DNA of 64,000 nt. Origin: Ramazzottius varieornatus. Taxonomy: Eukaryota > Animalia > Tardigrada. The stretch spans positions 749,036 through 813,035 of the forward strand of contig BDGG01000015.1 of assembly GCA_001949185.1 (NCBI GenBank), read 5' to 3'. This document shows positions 39,371 through 54,800 of the stretch, in pieces (position 1 is the first letter of the stretch; each line of letters begins with the position of its first letter). The position numbers were made by a program, and so were the translations under genes. The notes under the pieces are model-generated. The model ran no database searches. It was not told the origin of the DNA and was given only the letters and a program-made list of their open reading frames with translations.

Positions 39371-42300
39371 GTTCGTTAGGAATCAGAAAGCAAGTTGATG
39401 CATTAACACATTGGACAGAAAATTTAACACAAGCAGTGCTTTTTCGCCCCAGTGAGACCAGACTACTACACGGAAGCGACATGGACAGTAGCCGGCCAGA
39501 AAAGTTATGAGAAAGCATCGCGACGCTCAGAATGAGATACGTGTAACTTTGATCGTCTGGAAGCTCATCTTGAGACGGAATTTTATGACTGACCAAGACA
39601 AGATGGACAGAGGCAGCTGAACTGCTTTTGCGCGGTGGTTTCTTGTCGATAAGACAGGATAAAGTTTATAAGGGTATTTTCACGAGCAATTCCTGAGGAA
39701 AGGCAGAGGAAGTTGTGGGAAAGAAGACAGCGGACAATCAGTCTTGATTATCATCATAATCTCACCGTGTGATATCTTTTGGCTGTCCATCATAACAAGA
39801 GAAGTGGACACGGGACAGGACTGAAACGAAAGACATACAGTACAGTGGCTCCACCGGAGGACCCCACTTTAGTGCGGCATTAGTATCGATATTCATCTTG
39901 GTGGCGCCAGTTTCGCCCTATGTGCGTCCCTACCCCACTTTCGAACTTCCAGACTTTCGAGGTGTTTCATCAGACATTCGAAATGTATCAAACAAGCGCC
40001 GAGATTGCCGGAAGCCATTTTTGAAGCCTTATGTCAGACAGCATCGTCCCGCTATTGGCTGTACGTGCTGCCATTTACAGTTTCGCGATTCCGACCGCCG
40101 AATGAAGTTGTATTCTGGCGTACTTTAATTGCTTTTAGCTTAGAGGAACGAAGCCAGGTGGTACGATCTCGAAGAGAAGTTCGGGTTGGCTACGTGCCAC
40201 AAGCACTTTCCCCAGTCCGGCGCGTAAAATCGTACATTGTGAGCTGTGGTCCTTACCTCAACATCGGCTTCAGGAATGGGAGTTAAGGTGGGTAACTGTG
40301 CGACCCAAAGGGCAGTATGAAAGTTAACTGAGGGATGGCCGGGTGCGTTGATTGCATCATAAAGGGTAAATGGGCATTTTGCGTTTCAGCATGCGCAGGA
40401 AGGATGGGCAGGTTGAAGGGAGCGGAAATTGTCGGCCTGGGTTAATTGTGCATTTGGCGACTTGGCAATTGGATCGATTGGGAGGTGAAGCTGCCACCGT
40501 CATCTATCATAACACTTTTCACAGCGATCCATGGCGGAAATTACAGTCAGCTAAACAAGCTTGATGGCTTCTTGCTCGATGCAATTAGATGGCCTATAAA
40601 GCATTCTTTAACGCGCGACAAATGACTATTTTACGATTGGCAAGGACACTTTGCGCCTAATAAGCTCTCAGTCTCACACTGTAAACCTCGGAATCAATTT
40701 GACGCGGCCTGAACAAACCTTGTACAGAGGGAATTGCGTATCGACTAAACGAGATTTGCCCCCTAACGACCTTTTATTGCTTTTTTCTCCCTTCCGGTCG
40801 GCAACACTCAGCTGTCCCTCATCCGGCGCAAAGTGGGAGGAGGAATGATGGGCAAAGGGGAAACACAGTCATTACAAGCTTGGTCACATTTCCAAATTTA
40901 CGTTTGATGAATGAGACAATATGATAGTAAATTTGCACGTTATTGCACTCCTTTCCCCTTTATTTGCTGCTTCCCATCTCCATACAATTTGGAACCAAAG
41001 AAGCAATTTTCCCAGTTGCCCAGTTTTATCGGCGCCCATTCGTTGCCTGAAAACCAGCAAGGCTGCGAACTCGGCAAACAAGCTCGACAGGGTCTTTTTC
41101 CAAGTGGCGCATCCGCTTGATGTTCATGGCTGGAAGCGTGCGCCATTTGGAAAAACACCGAAGTCGACTGTGTTTGCTCAGTTCCCTGTTGTAATATATT
41201 TTTAAGATTTCCGGGCAGTTTATCAGTTTTTAAATTGCTCGCAGTCAAAGCAGAATAGTTTTAGGAAAAAGCCACTTTCGAAATGATCAAGAAGCATTAT
41301 GTCGAGGGACAGGCCGGCGTTGTTTTGTTGATGGTTCTGGCTGATCCTCAAAGGTCGCCGAGACAGGCTATCGTGACAGTGACGATGACGGTGTCTCAAA
41401 GGCAAAGTACAACAGATTACGTCAACAGTCTAATGAATAGACAAAAGGTCTCTTCTGATGACAATCAATAGTGTTGCCTTATCGGTCTGTTTTGTATCCC
41501 GTATAACTGCAGAGCCCGGCAAGGCGATCGCGAGGCGTCGCGACAATGCATAGCGGCGCTCTTTAGGAAACCGATCTGTTTGGTCTGTTTTGTTTTGCCA
41601 ATTTACCAACAATTAACACACAAGCGGTATCTTTCGATTCTTTGACGTGGAAAGAAAACTGTTCTGTATGAATTTTCCAAGATATATGAAAGCTCGCCAA
41701 AGGAAAGGTGCAAGATTGTTTTCCCATGTGGCGCAGGTTCACAACGAAAAACACTGGAAGCTTGCGCTACTCTGGCAAACACTCGAAATCGACATGAACG
41801 TTTCTCGAAGTGGCGCACGTTGTCAGTGTTGTTGGCGGGAAGCGTGCGCCACTCGAGAAAACGATTTGGTCGAATTCTTTTGTTGACTGCCGCTTTTTGA
41901 CGCCATTCTCGGCCTTGCCAGAGAACTTTGCCATGATGGATAGGCAACACTTGTGCATACAAGATGGAAGATTATTTGGGGCGAGCGCAGCGATGGAATG
42001 CTCATTAGCACACCAACGTAATTAAACATGGCCCAAGTCAGCAAGGAAATGCGCGGCTCTGATAATGGCCCTATAATGTGCCGCTATGTAATGATAAAAC
42101 TCATCAGTGCCGATTATACCCGACTACACAATTGCCCATATCGTCGCCGGCAACTGTTTGCCCATTATCTTCTTAATTTGCCTTCCATCACCAAGAAATT
42201 TATACGGGCTTCGTAATGAGTTTCTCGATCGAGAAGGGCAGTTCTGCCTAGTCCTTCATTGTCCGAACCATCCGCCAGTCCTTCACGTCGAAACCTGAAG

Positions 42301-42536
42301 ACATGAAAGATTCCATGATAAAAAGTTTCCCAATTCAGGAATTTTTATTCGACATTCGTTCAGTTCGAGGCAAGAATTCAGTTTTGGCGCAGGTTGGAAG
42401 TTCGAGTGTATTGCCAAACTGATAAATTTCTATATTTCTGCGGAACCAAGATGCCGAAAAGACGTTCGGCATGGCAAAGACAGATATGGAAAAATGACCA
42501 AAGTCATCAAGTTTGCATCCTTGATGAGACTACACG

Positions 42537-44176
<1,640 letters not shown>

Positions 44177-46539
44177 CCTTCAATCAGCCAGCGCAATCAG
44201 CTATGTCTTCTGGCCTGGGTAGGAATGGAATGGTGAGGTCAAGCGTTGATGGAGAAACCTGTTTGGTTGTAGAGTGGGAGAAAATTGACGGCAAGCGAGC
44301 GCCCGAGGTCAGTGGATATGATATACACCTATCCCTTTCCTGCTGTCAGATAGACTAAAGATGGTGGATTGTTGGTGAACGAGCAGGCCTTTTTATCAGC
44401 CTTCCGTGCTGAAGTCATTTAGCCGCGATCGACGATAGTGTACATCGGCTTGACGGATGTATCTTTCCCTCATCATCGGATACAGATAGGGCTATGAGAA
44501 TACAAGTTCGCAAGCTGTCCTGTCCTGTGCTGGCCTTTCAGGAAGAAGAAGCGGCCATGATTGCTGGCAACTGCTCCTTGCTAAATTAAGGGGTGGAGCC
44601 ATGTCCGCAGCACCCGCATTATCCCCATGCCATCCCTCTTCCTCACTATGCCAGCAGCAGCCCTCATTCCTCTTCACTTTGTAATATATTCTTTACTGAC
44701 CTTCCTTTCCCCTCTTGCAAAAAACGAAAAAAAGGGCTTTGAAACGTTTGCTACAAACATGTACTGTATGACAGCGTGAAATTCCAGTTTCTTCCAGTTA
44801 AAATTCTGTGCTCACTGTGAGTACGCTGGTAATCTGCAGCTTGGTATTCAGGGTGTTAAAGAACGTGCTAAAGCCGTACTAACTCAATTTTCATGGATTT
44901 TTGAGAAGAGGAATTTGGCGGATAAAAATGAGAAAGTGGCTGGAAGGTTGGGCGGATATGACAGAAGAAGGTATGGAAAGGACAAGGCCGTAATGTAGAT
45001 GGGCTAGCCAGGCGAGCAATTTGCCGTGGCTGAATAGTGTCATGGCGGCTGGCAGGATGGATGATTGGATATGGATGAGAAAGGATGTGGCATGGAGCAT
45101 CCATCCATCATTGGGGCTGTTACAGCCGGGGGAGAAAAGTGACATTTTGTAACATTTCTCTGTCGTCGCCTTTCCCGTCCTTCCAGCGCAGCTCCCATCA
45201 ACAGGCAGTCCACCGTTATGTTGCCAACCAATTTCAAAGACATGCCTTACGCGCCGGCAAATTATCCGTGACTTGTGCTGCCGAGGTCTCGACACTCCAA
45301 GCCAGAGATGGACCGGTCTTTGCCAATTGCCCCCTTGTGCTTTGCCAATTAACGACAAAAATGTGCAACACAGCTGGATGGACCTTTCTTCCCCATCCTT
45401 CACACTTTTGACAGCCACATTACTTCACCAATGTATCCACAAAGAGATGATACAAGTGCCTGCAAAACGATGGCCATCAAATTTACATTGCGTGACAGAA
45501 ACACAAACTCGGCAATTTATACCGACACCCATATTACAACCATTCCGCTTCTCCGAACAACTCGCGCATCACCTCATGGACCTGACGCCGAAGCTCACTA
45601 ACTGCAAGAACGGAGCGCGCAAAGGAGGCTATCTTGAGGAACTCAAGATGGCCTCCTTTGCAAAGCTTTCCACTCGGAAAATTTTGCCAGCGTTGCCTGC
45701 ACTGGTTTTCCCCATTTTTTTTTGCGACGAGATGACTTTTTCGTTCGTAAATGAAATTTCCAGCCAGGAAGAATATTCAGATTGATTTTCTGTTATGACA
45801 CCGAAAGGTCACAGAGGACGTCGGCCATGTTGGGGCAGCAACAAACAGCAAAATTAAAGCGTAATCGGCGTTTAGGTAGGACAATGTTGCCAAAGGGAGA
45901 TATTTGTGAGACAGCTGGTGATGAGGATAAATTTTCGGGCCATTTGTGAGAGTTGCGGACCACAATTGGATATATTTATGAGCTTGTGCGTGCAAGAGAA
46001 AAGTGCGTTACAGCGTGATCATGCGTTGTTAATCATGACGAATGACTTTAATGGCTGAGCGAATGTCTTGCCAACTGAAAGCGATTGTCGCCCAATGTGT
46101 TCGCCAATATCATCTCACTAAGTGATCTCAATTTACAGTAGCCCATTTTTCTTCCTTTCCCCCAACCCGACTGTCCACCCGGTGTCGCTTGACAAATACT
46201 CTCCAGTGCCGCGCATCATTAGCGCCAAGCTTGAAGTGCCTCGTATTACAGGAATACGGAAGCTGGCGGCGACATTTCCAGCCAAACGATCCGCTGGATA
46301 AACGAAAGTCTTACGGAGGCGGCTACAACAGTAATGCGCCTTTTGGCCGCAGAGGCCTTGTCGGCACTGAACAAAATCTCATTAGACGAGACAATACACC
46401 CACAGATAATTATTGCCCACCGCCGCTTAAGCCTGTTAACTTGATCTCCAACGAGCGCCTCCTCCATGCTGAGCCTAAACCTCTTCCCTGACAGCCAAAA
46501 TTACGAGCAAAAACTTAGTCTTTCGTAATACAGGATCTC

Positions 46540-46810
46540 GGCAAAAGAACTCAAACGGGTCGTTTGTCCAAGTGGCGCACCTTTTCAATGTTAGTGGCCG
46601 GAAGCGTGCGTCATTTGAAGAAGATCTTGTCGAGCTTCATTACTTTCCAAGTGGCGTACATTTTCAGTGGTATTGGCTGGTAGCATGCGCCACTGGGAAA
46701 CCCAGTCTTTTCGAGTCTTGTTTGTCTTCCCAAGTCGCGCAAATCCTCAGTGATACCGGCTGGTTGTGTGCGCCACTTAAAACGACCCAACCAATATTGC
46801 TCGCCTGGGT
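46540..46810. repeat. Three tandem copies of the palindromic element (intergenic)
   Basis: Cores at 46570, 46649, 46732, same spacer orientation. Confidence 0.9.
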
Positions 46811-48847
46811 CCCATTTGTTTTTGGATTTTTGAAGTGAGCTTGACGAAAGTCAAATTTGTGGTTCTTCAATGCGTGACGATTGTGAGTGCTGACCGAATT
46901 TGCTGGTCTGTTTGCAGAGGAGCTTGGGGTCATGGAGTGAAACGAGATATGGCTGGTGAAATGGATGCTGTGGGCCATCAAGGCAGGCATAATTGTTGCA
47001 AGCTGACCAACATCAATCTTCATTTTGGCAAATTGATCGTTAGAATTGGAACAAGTCATCAAGTCGCCAGCAATTTGCCCCAGCGTTAATGAACAACATT
47101 GCCGATAAACAGCTGCACACTGACACCAAGGCCATTATTCTTTGTTTCTTCCATGTATCCTTGACAATCCCAATACTTCGGCAAAAATAATGCCATTCTT
47201 TCACCCATTAGAATAATTTTTAACCGGAAGAGATAACTTCAAGCAGTTCAACGTACCGTACCATACATCTAGAATCTAGATTGCCAAACAGAGTTTCAGG
47301 TGCCCAAACCCTCTAATCGATTTTCTACGGTTTTTCAACATTTAGCATCTGATTCACTTATTGACGAAAAGGAGTACGACTTGTGAAACGTTCCAATGAA
47401 GTTCAAGTCTTCTTTTTATTTCTTTGATGATGCGACGCTTCTTCTGGTTGATGTTGGCGGTTTGTAGGGGGAAAGCTTGGAAGCCACCCAGGAAGGTTGA
47501 GGCCGGCGTTGGGGGGTTATATCGATTAAGCCGGCGACAATCTGTGGTAATTGGAGAGCTTAGATATTGGCTGCTGTCTTTGCTGATTATAATGGCGGAA
47601 GAGGTCTGGGCAAGTGAGCAGACAGGCAAAGTTTAGCTAGGATAATAATCGGGCCATGGATATGCGGGGAAGGTGACAGCGGCTGTATCACTCCATTGAC
47701 TTTCATACACAGCTTCGCATCAAGGCATTTCTGGCCTTCCCTCCATCGTCCCATCGGTAGACAAAGCTGAAAAGCTAAAGTCAAAATGATTGTGGGCAAG
47801 CGGGACAATTGACATGGAAGTGATCCGTTTGTCCAGTGGAGAACAATCCGGTAATTGATCGTCCCTCTTTTCTCCTCTCTGCAGTTACTCTGTCTCTGTA
47901 TCCGTGCCGCCTGGCTACTTTCCTCCTTTTCCCCCTTTGACTACCCTGACCACTGTCCAGCTATATTATGGATGGATGGCCAAAGTATGAATATAAATTG
48001 ATGCATAAACCCTCAAATGCCTCTTTGAGAACTTTTCTTTAGGCTTGACTTTGGTGGAAGCTTCTGTGGACGACAAAGATCGACCAACAAAATGGCCAAG
48101 TATGGCCTCCATTATTTATTCTGAGACTTTGGTCTCATGATGGGGCGAGTGGCAATTAGAGGCCGGTTAAGTGTCCCCGTCCTCTTCAATTAAGAGCAAA
48201 TTCCACCCCTACCAACACTCATCATTTGCCATCAAGCTTCCAACATTATTCAAAGGACTCCTTCCACAGTGATGATATTCTAATTCCTTCACGCACTGGA
48301 ACAAGGTCTGAACATGACCAGCGTTTGACAATGGAAATGAGCGTGGAGAAGAACGGCCAGGCAGTCAGGCAGTAGCCTTCGACCAGTTCTCCGGCAAACG
48401 AGGAACAGTCCCTTGATGTTCGAACATGCTGGGCCTCAGAATTTGAGAGATTTCATGTCAACTTCGATTAGGCAGTAGGTCGATTCTCGTTTCGCCCAAC
48501 TTTTTGTCGATTGTTTTACGCAAGCGCCAACCAACGACCAAAGTTGCAGAACAGCCTGAAAGCTGCAGTATATACTCCTCACATGATCCTGATAACTTTT
48601 ATGTCGATCGAGAATGAAACCGTCCAACAAAAGATCAGCAGAAACGAACCTTACAAAAAGAATTTCAAAAGTACGGCACTGCTCTCTGAACATTACTTTC
48701 GATCATAGAATGCATCAAAAAATCAATGGGACGAGACGTCGATCATCTTTGGTATATAAGAGCATCGTCACACTTAATCAAGCGAATAACCGTTCCAAAT
48801 GTAAAAGTAAACCATGGAAAGAAAACCAAAGACGAAACTCGTTGCAA

Positions 48848-51800
48848 TTATTGCAGATACAGCTGGATCTTCTCCATCCATTCTTGAGCAGTGGCCGGAT
48901 CTTTGGCGCACAGATTGAAGGTTCTCTTCAAAGTGCGGACATCGAAGCGCTTCGGTGCCCCTTGCAGAATAAGACTGGCGCTACTCAGACCCACTGACAG
49001 AACCTCGGACAGGTCGATGATGCCGCGAACGTGTGAATCACTATTGGTCTCATAGTACCGCAACTGCAAGCAAGACATTCCTCGGTTTTTTTCGACATGA
49101 GAACTCGGCCAACAAACTGGACAAGATGACTTTCCCAAGTGGCGCACGATCGTGCAAAAACACCGGAGAAGTGCGTCACTTAAGAAAAGAAACTGTTCAA
49201 GGTGGATCTTCCAAGTGGCGCACGCTTCCAACCAACAACACGGGTAGTGTGCGCGACTTGGGTAAACAACCTGGTTGAGTATGTTTGCCGAGGTTCCATG
49301 ATATGGTGACCATCGTCGACTGAAATTGAAAAGCCTACCTGATGTTTCATGGAATCGAGTACGAACCACTTGGGCTTCCAGGATTTCAGCACTGCACCGC
49401 GCTTGAACAGGTAACCTTCCATTACGCGGCTCTCCGAAGCGGAAGGGTGGTCGGCTGAGTTTTGTGACCGTGATGGCGCTGTAGAACAATGTCAAAATTG
49501 TGCAAATGAAGACGACGGTTGCAGAAAATTGGACAAAATTATACCCTATCAATTCACAATCTAGCGAAAGTAGCAATGGATCCTTTTTTGGCGATGACAT
49601 TGTGGTGTTTTTCTATGCAAAAACTTACTTGAAGGTGAAGCATCTCGCAGACCTTGCCGGCTAACATGATGACTTCTGGCAGACTGTATTCTTCCAGCCT
49701 CGACCTCAGCAGCAGTAGCCGTCTGCACTTTGACCTTGGAACAGCTATTGGGAATCTGCTCCTCGCATTTCTCATGGGCGTGAAAGCCACAGTCCGCACA
49801 TATTAGTGCTAGAGCAAAGAGCAAACCTGCCTTGTCAACATATTCCACTTCAAGACTTTAGAATTAAAATGAGATGCTTACCGTTGCCCCACAGTACTTG
49901 ACTGCAATGGCTACAGTGACTGGGTGTGGTGTAGGTCTGCCTGACGAAGCGATGTGGGTGTCCCAGGGCCAACGAGCCACTGTCGGCGTTCTTGCCTTTA
50001 TCCAGAATCTCCATCGTCATCTGCGTCTGTAACCTCCGACTATGCGAGCGGATCATTTGTGACGAGGGTGTGGCTTTCTGTAGGGGAACGATCAGCTGGC
50101 CATCTTGGTCCATCCTGTCCCAGTGCTCCTGCCAGTCTTCCACCCCCACGCCCATCTCCGTCTCCAGCTGACGGATCTCCGTGAAGAGTGTCGAGAAGGA
50201 AGTGAGGATGGTCTGCGAGGGGTTGTTGTAGCAGCTGTTGACGATGCGCCGTGACCGGCCACCTTTCCTCATGTCACCCAGGTCAGGTTCCGCGGCGGCA
50301 TCGATCAGCTCCAGGTCGTACAACGAACCGAATGCCAGGCTTTCTTCCAAGTAGAAATCCCACAGCTCAATGTTCTGCGTTTCTGTGAAGGGTCTCAACA
50401 CCTGCAAAACAAACAACACTCCCAAGAACGCTAACAAGCTTAGATAATCCAACTCGACAAGATCGCTTTTTCCAGGTGGCGCACGCTACCCACCAGCGAC
50501 ACTGGAAATGTGCGCCACTTTGAAAGAACGGCAGCAAGCTTGGCCAGATTGTTTTCCCAAGTGGCGCACGCTCCCAGCCAGTGACACTGGAAACGTGCGC
50601 TGCTTCGGAGAAGAATCTTGCCGAGTTTGTTTGCCGAACGACCGTCTCTGTTTCTTCGACGGGTGCCTTTTTCAAGATGTTATTCTCGATGGAATTGACG
50701 AACCTGGTCGTCTTCGGTGGCAGCTGCATAGAGGAAATTGAAGAACTTTGAGTTCTTGCGATTGAGCAGCTCGATGTAGTCCCAGACGGAGCCGGCGCTG
50801 ACGGGCCATTGGTTGACATTGGGTTCATAGGGGCTATTGGGACTTCTCCTGTTCTCAGTCAACCCCAAGTCTACTCTATCCGACTCGCAGTCCGTCAGAA
50901 AGTTGGTGAATCTATTGGACATGGAATGAAAGGCCAGGTACTTGAGCATGTACTGGTTAAACTCAAAGGACATGGGCAACTGTCGCTGCACTTGGGCCAC
51001 ACAGTCCAGAAACTGGATGAAGATGGGGGCGATGCCGTTGTTCTGGTCAGCTTGAGTCAGGTTGTTGCGATGGGCCAAGCGGTGACCAAAGGCCGAGAAC
51101 TCCTTGTCAACCAGGTCGGCGAAACCTTGGATGGTGCGGTAGTATGGGTCCATTAGAAGTTGAGATAGGGCGGAAAGTTGGCAGGTGGCGTCCCAGCCGT
51201 CTTCTAGGGCCAGCAGGACCGAGGCACCTTGCACGTCCATCAGATCCACCACAGCACCGGCCAGCTTCAGAAGCCGCTGAATCTGTATGACAGAACATCA
51301 ACGCCTCAATGTATGTGGGTATATCACAGACAGTATATGAACGTTTTGTAACCGAACTACTGTATGACGACACAATGTCAGGAAATAGCGTAGAAAAGTT
51401 TCAAAAACCTGAAAGGCTTCCGGCTATCAACTTATCACCGAAACTGAATTTGAAACCAGAAATTTCTCAATAAAATTCTCGCGCAAGTAATCTCGGATCT
51501 ACGTTTTATAACCCGACGTACCTGTTTTAGCCAGTCGAGGCTCTCTACTTGCTTCAGGTACTCCAACGGTACGTGGTCCTTGGCAGTCTCTTTTCCACTG
51601 GGCACCAGGACCTGAAGTAGCTTCTTGTGGCCAGCCTTGACTCTACGGATATCCGGATAATCCAGCGGGATGAATTCACACCGAGAAGGTTCCTGCTTCA
51701 TCGACTGCAAAAAGATCAAGAGATGGGTCACTGATTTTATGGTAGCGTCAAACAATCTCGGCAAGACTGTTATACCAAGCGGTCCACGTTGTCGGTGTTA

Positions 51801-54800
51801 TTGGCTAGAATCGTGCGCTACTTGGAAGAAACGACCTTGTCCAGTTTGGTTGTTTTCTTAAGTGACGCACGTTTCTGGTGTGGGTGGCTGGAATTGTCCG
51901 TCACTTGGAAAGATGGACAAGATTGTATTGCCAAGTGGCGCACGTTCCTAGTGGTATTGGCTGAAAGCGTGCGCCCCATAGAAAACCGATCTTACAGACT
52001 TTCTTTGGCGAGCATTCAATTTGTTCTGTTTGCATACCTTGATGTGGGTTTTGTCAGCTAGGACGAAGAGCGTGCTCTTCAATTCCATCACCATATGGGA
52101 CAGCGACGCTCCATCCAGGTCCGAGTAGTTATCTCCGCCCGACCCAGAGGAGACGGTTAACTCTGACGTCCCGCTGCCGGCATACATCAGACTGCTGCCC
52201 CTATCACTGGGGAAAAGCATGGCGCTGCTGCGTTTACTAACGGTCCCCTTACCCGAGCCGGTCCTCAGTGTCTGCACCGCCCTGTTCCACGGGGTGATGC
52301 TGATGGAACTGGGCTGCTTCCTGCTGGAGTCGGGTGTGTGGAGTGCGTAGGAGTTGGTGCTGCCGTTGAGCATGGCCGAGCTGGTGGACGGGCGACGCGT
52401 CATGGCGTTGGCCGTGGTGCGGACAATGGCTGACAGGTACTTCTCAAAGTCGGCTTGCGAACTGACGTAGGCCGTTTCTACTTGTGTACCAGTGGGGATA
52501 GTCATCAGGGAACCGGCAGCCGACATGCCGGAACTCTTGAAGACGGAGGACATGCGCGTCGTCTGGTAGCTGCCCGAACGAATCAGGACGGCTTTCGAAC
52601 GAGCATGCTGCCATGTCACAGCCGGAAATCTAAAAAGAACGCCGTAATATCTTCAAACAACAGAAAACCATGGGAAAAGTCCGACGGAAACCTGGGAACG
52701 CTGACAGAATTCACAACACGGTTATTAGAGGCTAACAGAATTGTCGTGCGGAAAGTCATATGGGCAGCGACAAAATTGTGACATTTTTCTACGTTATTCC
52801 GATAAAGTGGTTCCAACATAAAGTAGCTGGAAACTGCCTCTTACCGGTTTTCACGGAAGTGCCGAGCAAGCGAGCGGATATTATCGTCCGACAAGAAGTT
52901 GGGAACGACCAGCAGAGCTGGGTATGTTGGGCAGACTTTATAGTTGATATTGACTTGTGACAGTCTGAATTGGTCCACTCTGCAAAGCTACCACAATTGC
53001 CCGAATTTCTCCCACTTTGTCTTGAAGTGAACCATACCGTTTCGCCATGTTGGAGCCAGCAGCGATCAGGCCAATCCGTCTGTAGTCTTTGATGTAGCTT
53101 CTTTCAATGATGCGTTCGAACGACTGCTGTTCCCTGCCATTCGGTCCCAGTGTGTCGCTGTCGTCATCCGAACCTTCTTCTTCAAAGACCGGCCTGGGTC
53201 TTCCGTCAGGACCAGCCAGCGTCAACTGCATTCGGCGATCCGGTAGGGGAGTAGCTGGACTGTAGAATTTCATGTCTTTCTTCACTGAAGTCTTCGAAGT
53301 TTTGATACCTACATACAGAAGTAGATCAGAAACCGGCAAAAAAACAAAATTGGTTTTGCTAAGTGGCGCACGCTATCGGCCAACAACACTGCAAGTGTGC
53401 GCCACTCGGAAAACACTGAAGTCGAGTTTAATAAGCCGAACCACCAAACTTGGAAAATCAAAAATTAAGGATCAAAATCTAATATGAATAATCATAAAGA
53501 CCCGAACAAACAAATCCAGGGATTAATACAGCCGAAATCAACTGAAGAAAAAATAAAGTGACGGATAGATCCTATTTACCTGCTGCGCGGGCTGTACGCT
53601 GTAGAGTCTTCTTGGCGAAGCCTTTGATGCCTGCCTTCTTGCCACTCTTGCCGGTGGCCGTGACGGTATGGGCGGACAGGCCATGGTTGAGGATCTCCAT
53701 AACGTGAAGAGGGTATCGCATGCGTTCCAGAAGCTTGCGGAACTGCTCGATCAGCTCGCTGGTCACTTCCTCATCGAAGCCGACGCGCAGCAGCTGGAAG
53801 GTGGCTGAGCGCAGTTGAAGAGCTTCTGGCGAGAACTGGTCGACTTGGGTGATGTACTGCCCGGAGAGACGCTTCTCTTTCGTCAAGGAAGCCACCGGAA
53901 ACGACCGCAGGATAACATAGTCGGACACTGCGAAAACAAAAGCGTTCCCGAATTTTGAAGAATCAATTTTGAAGTAGCTGGGACGTCGACAAGCGAATTA
54001 ACCCAGATCCTTTTTTCCAAGTGGCACACACTCTCGACCATTAATAATGATAGCGTGCGCCGCTTGCGATAACGATATTGTGTGAGATTCTCTTAGCCCT
54101 CTTTCCACGAAGTTTTCAAGAAAACATGGCACCACGGCCCTGTCTTCAAAATTTGTAGAAAAAGGTGATCAATCGCGAGCTACAAATTTCAACAATTTTT
54201 TTCGGGAATTCTGTCACACACAGCCGACGGACCAGCCAAATATTTCAGAGCTGCTGTTTTCAAAGGGGAAACGATAGTTGGTACCGTAAGAGTCGACGGG
54301 TGATCCCATGAAGATGACCCTATAGGTCGTCAAGAAGAGCGCGCCTTCACAGGGTAGCAAGCTCGGTCCCCCATGGACACCTCCCGTCCCTTCATCCCGT
54401 CCATCCAGCAGTAAATGACACCTCAAGCCATCAATGACCATTTCTTCACCCACTAACAGTTGCGGTTTGACCAATTTGGCCTTCTGTATGGGTTGCAGAT
54501 GCTTACTCTCTTTCCATACCGCTTCCAGGCCCTCGATGTGCATGGCCACCACCCCTGGCACCATCTGATGCAACTGCCTGACATGTTCCTCCGTCACCAG
54601 ACTCTCCCCGCAAACCTTATCCACAAACTTCATGACGAACTTAACCACGTGATTGTTGGTCTCTTTCTGCGTCTTGCCATCGTCCTCCTGGAAGCCGCTC
54701 TCCTCCGAGCGGACACTGCCATTGTCACTTTCGGGGAAACTGTTGGCAAAGTTACTGTTACTGTCTCTGTCAGTGCCCACAGAGTTTCTCCTGCGGACTC

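Noticed and set aside
51140-51230. Missing catalytic Cys/Arg in the myotubularin domain as a novelty
   Set aside because: This is the established state of SBF1/SBF2 pseudophosphatases.
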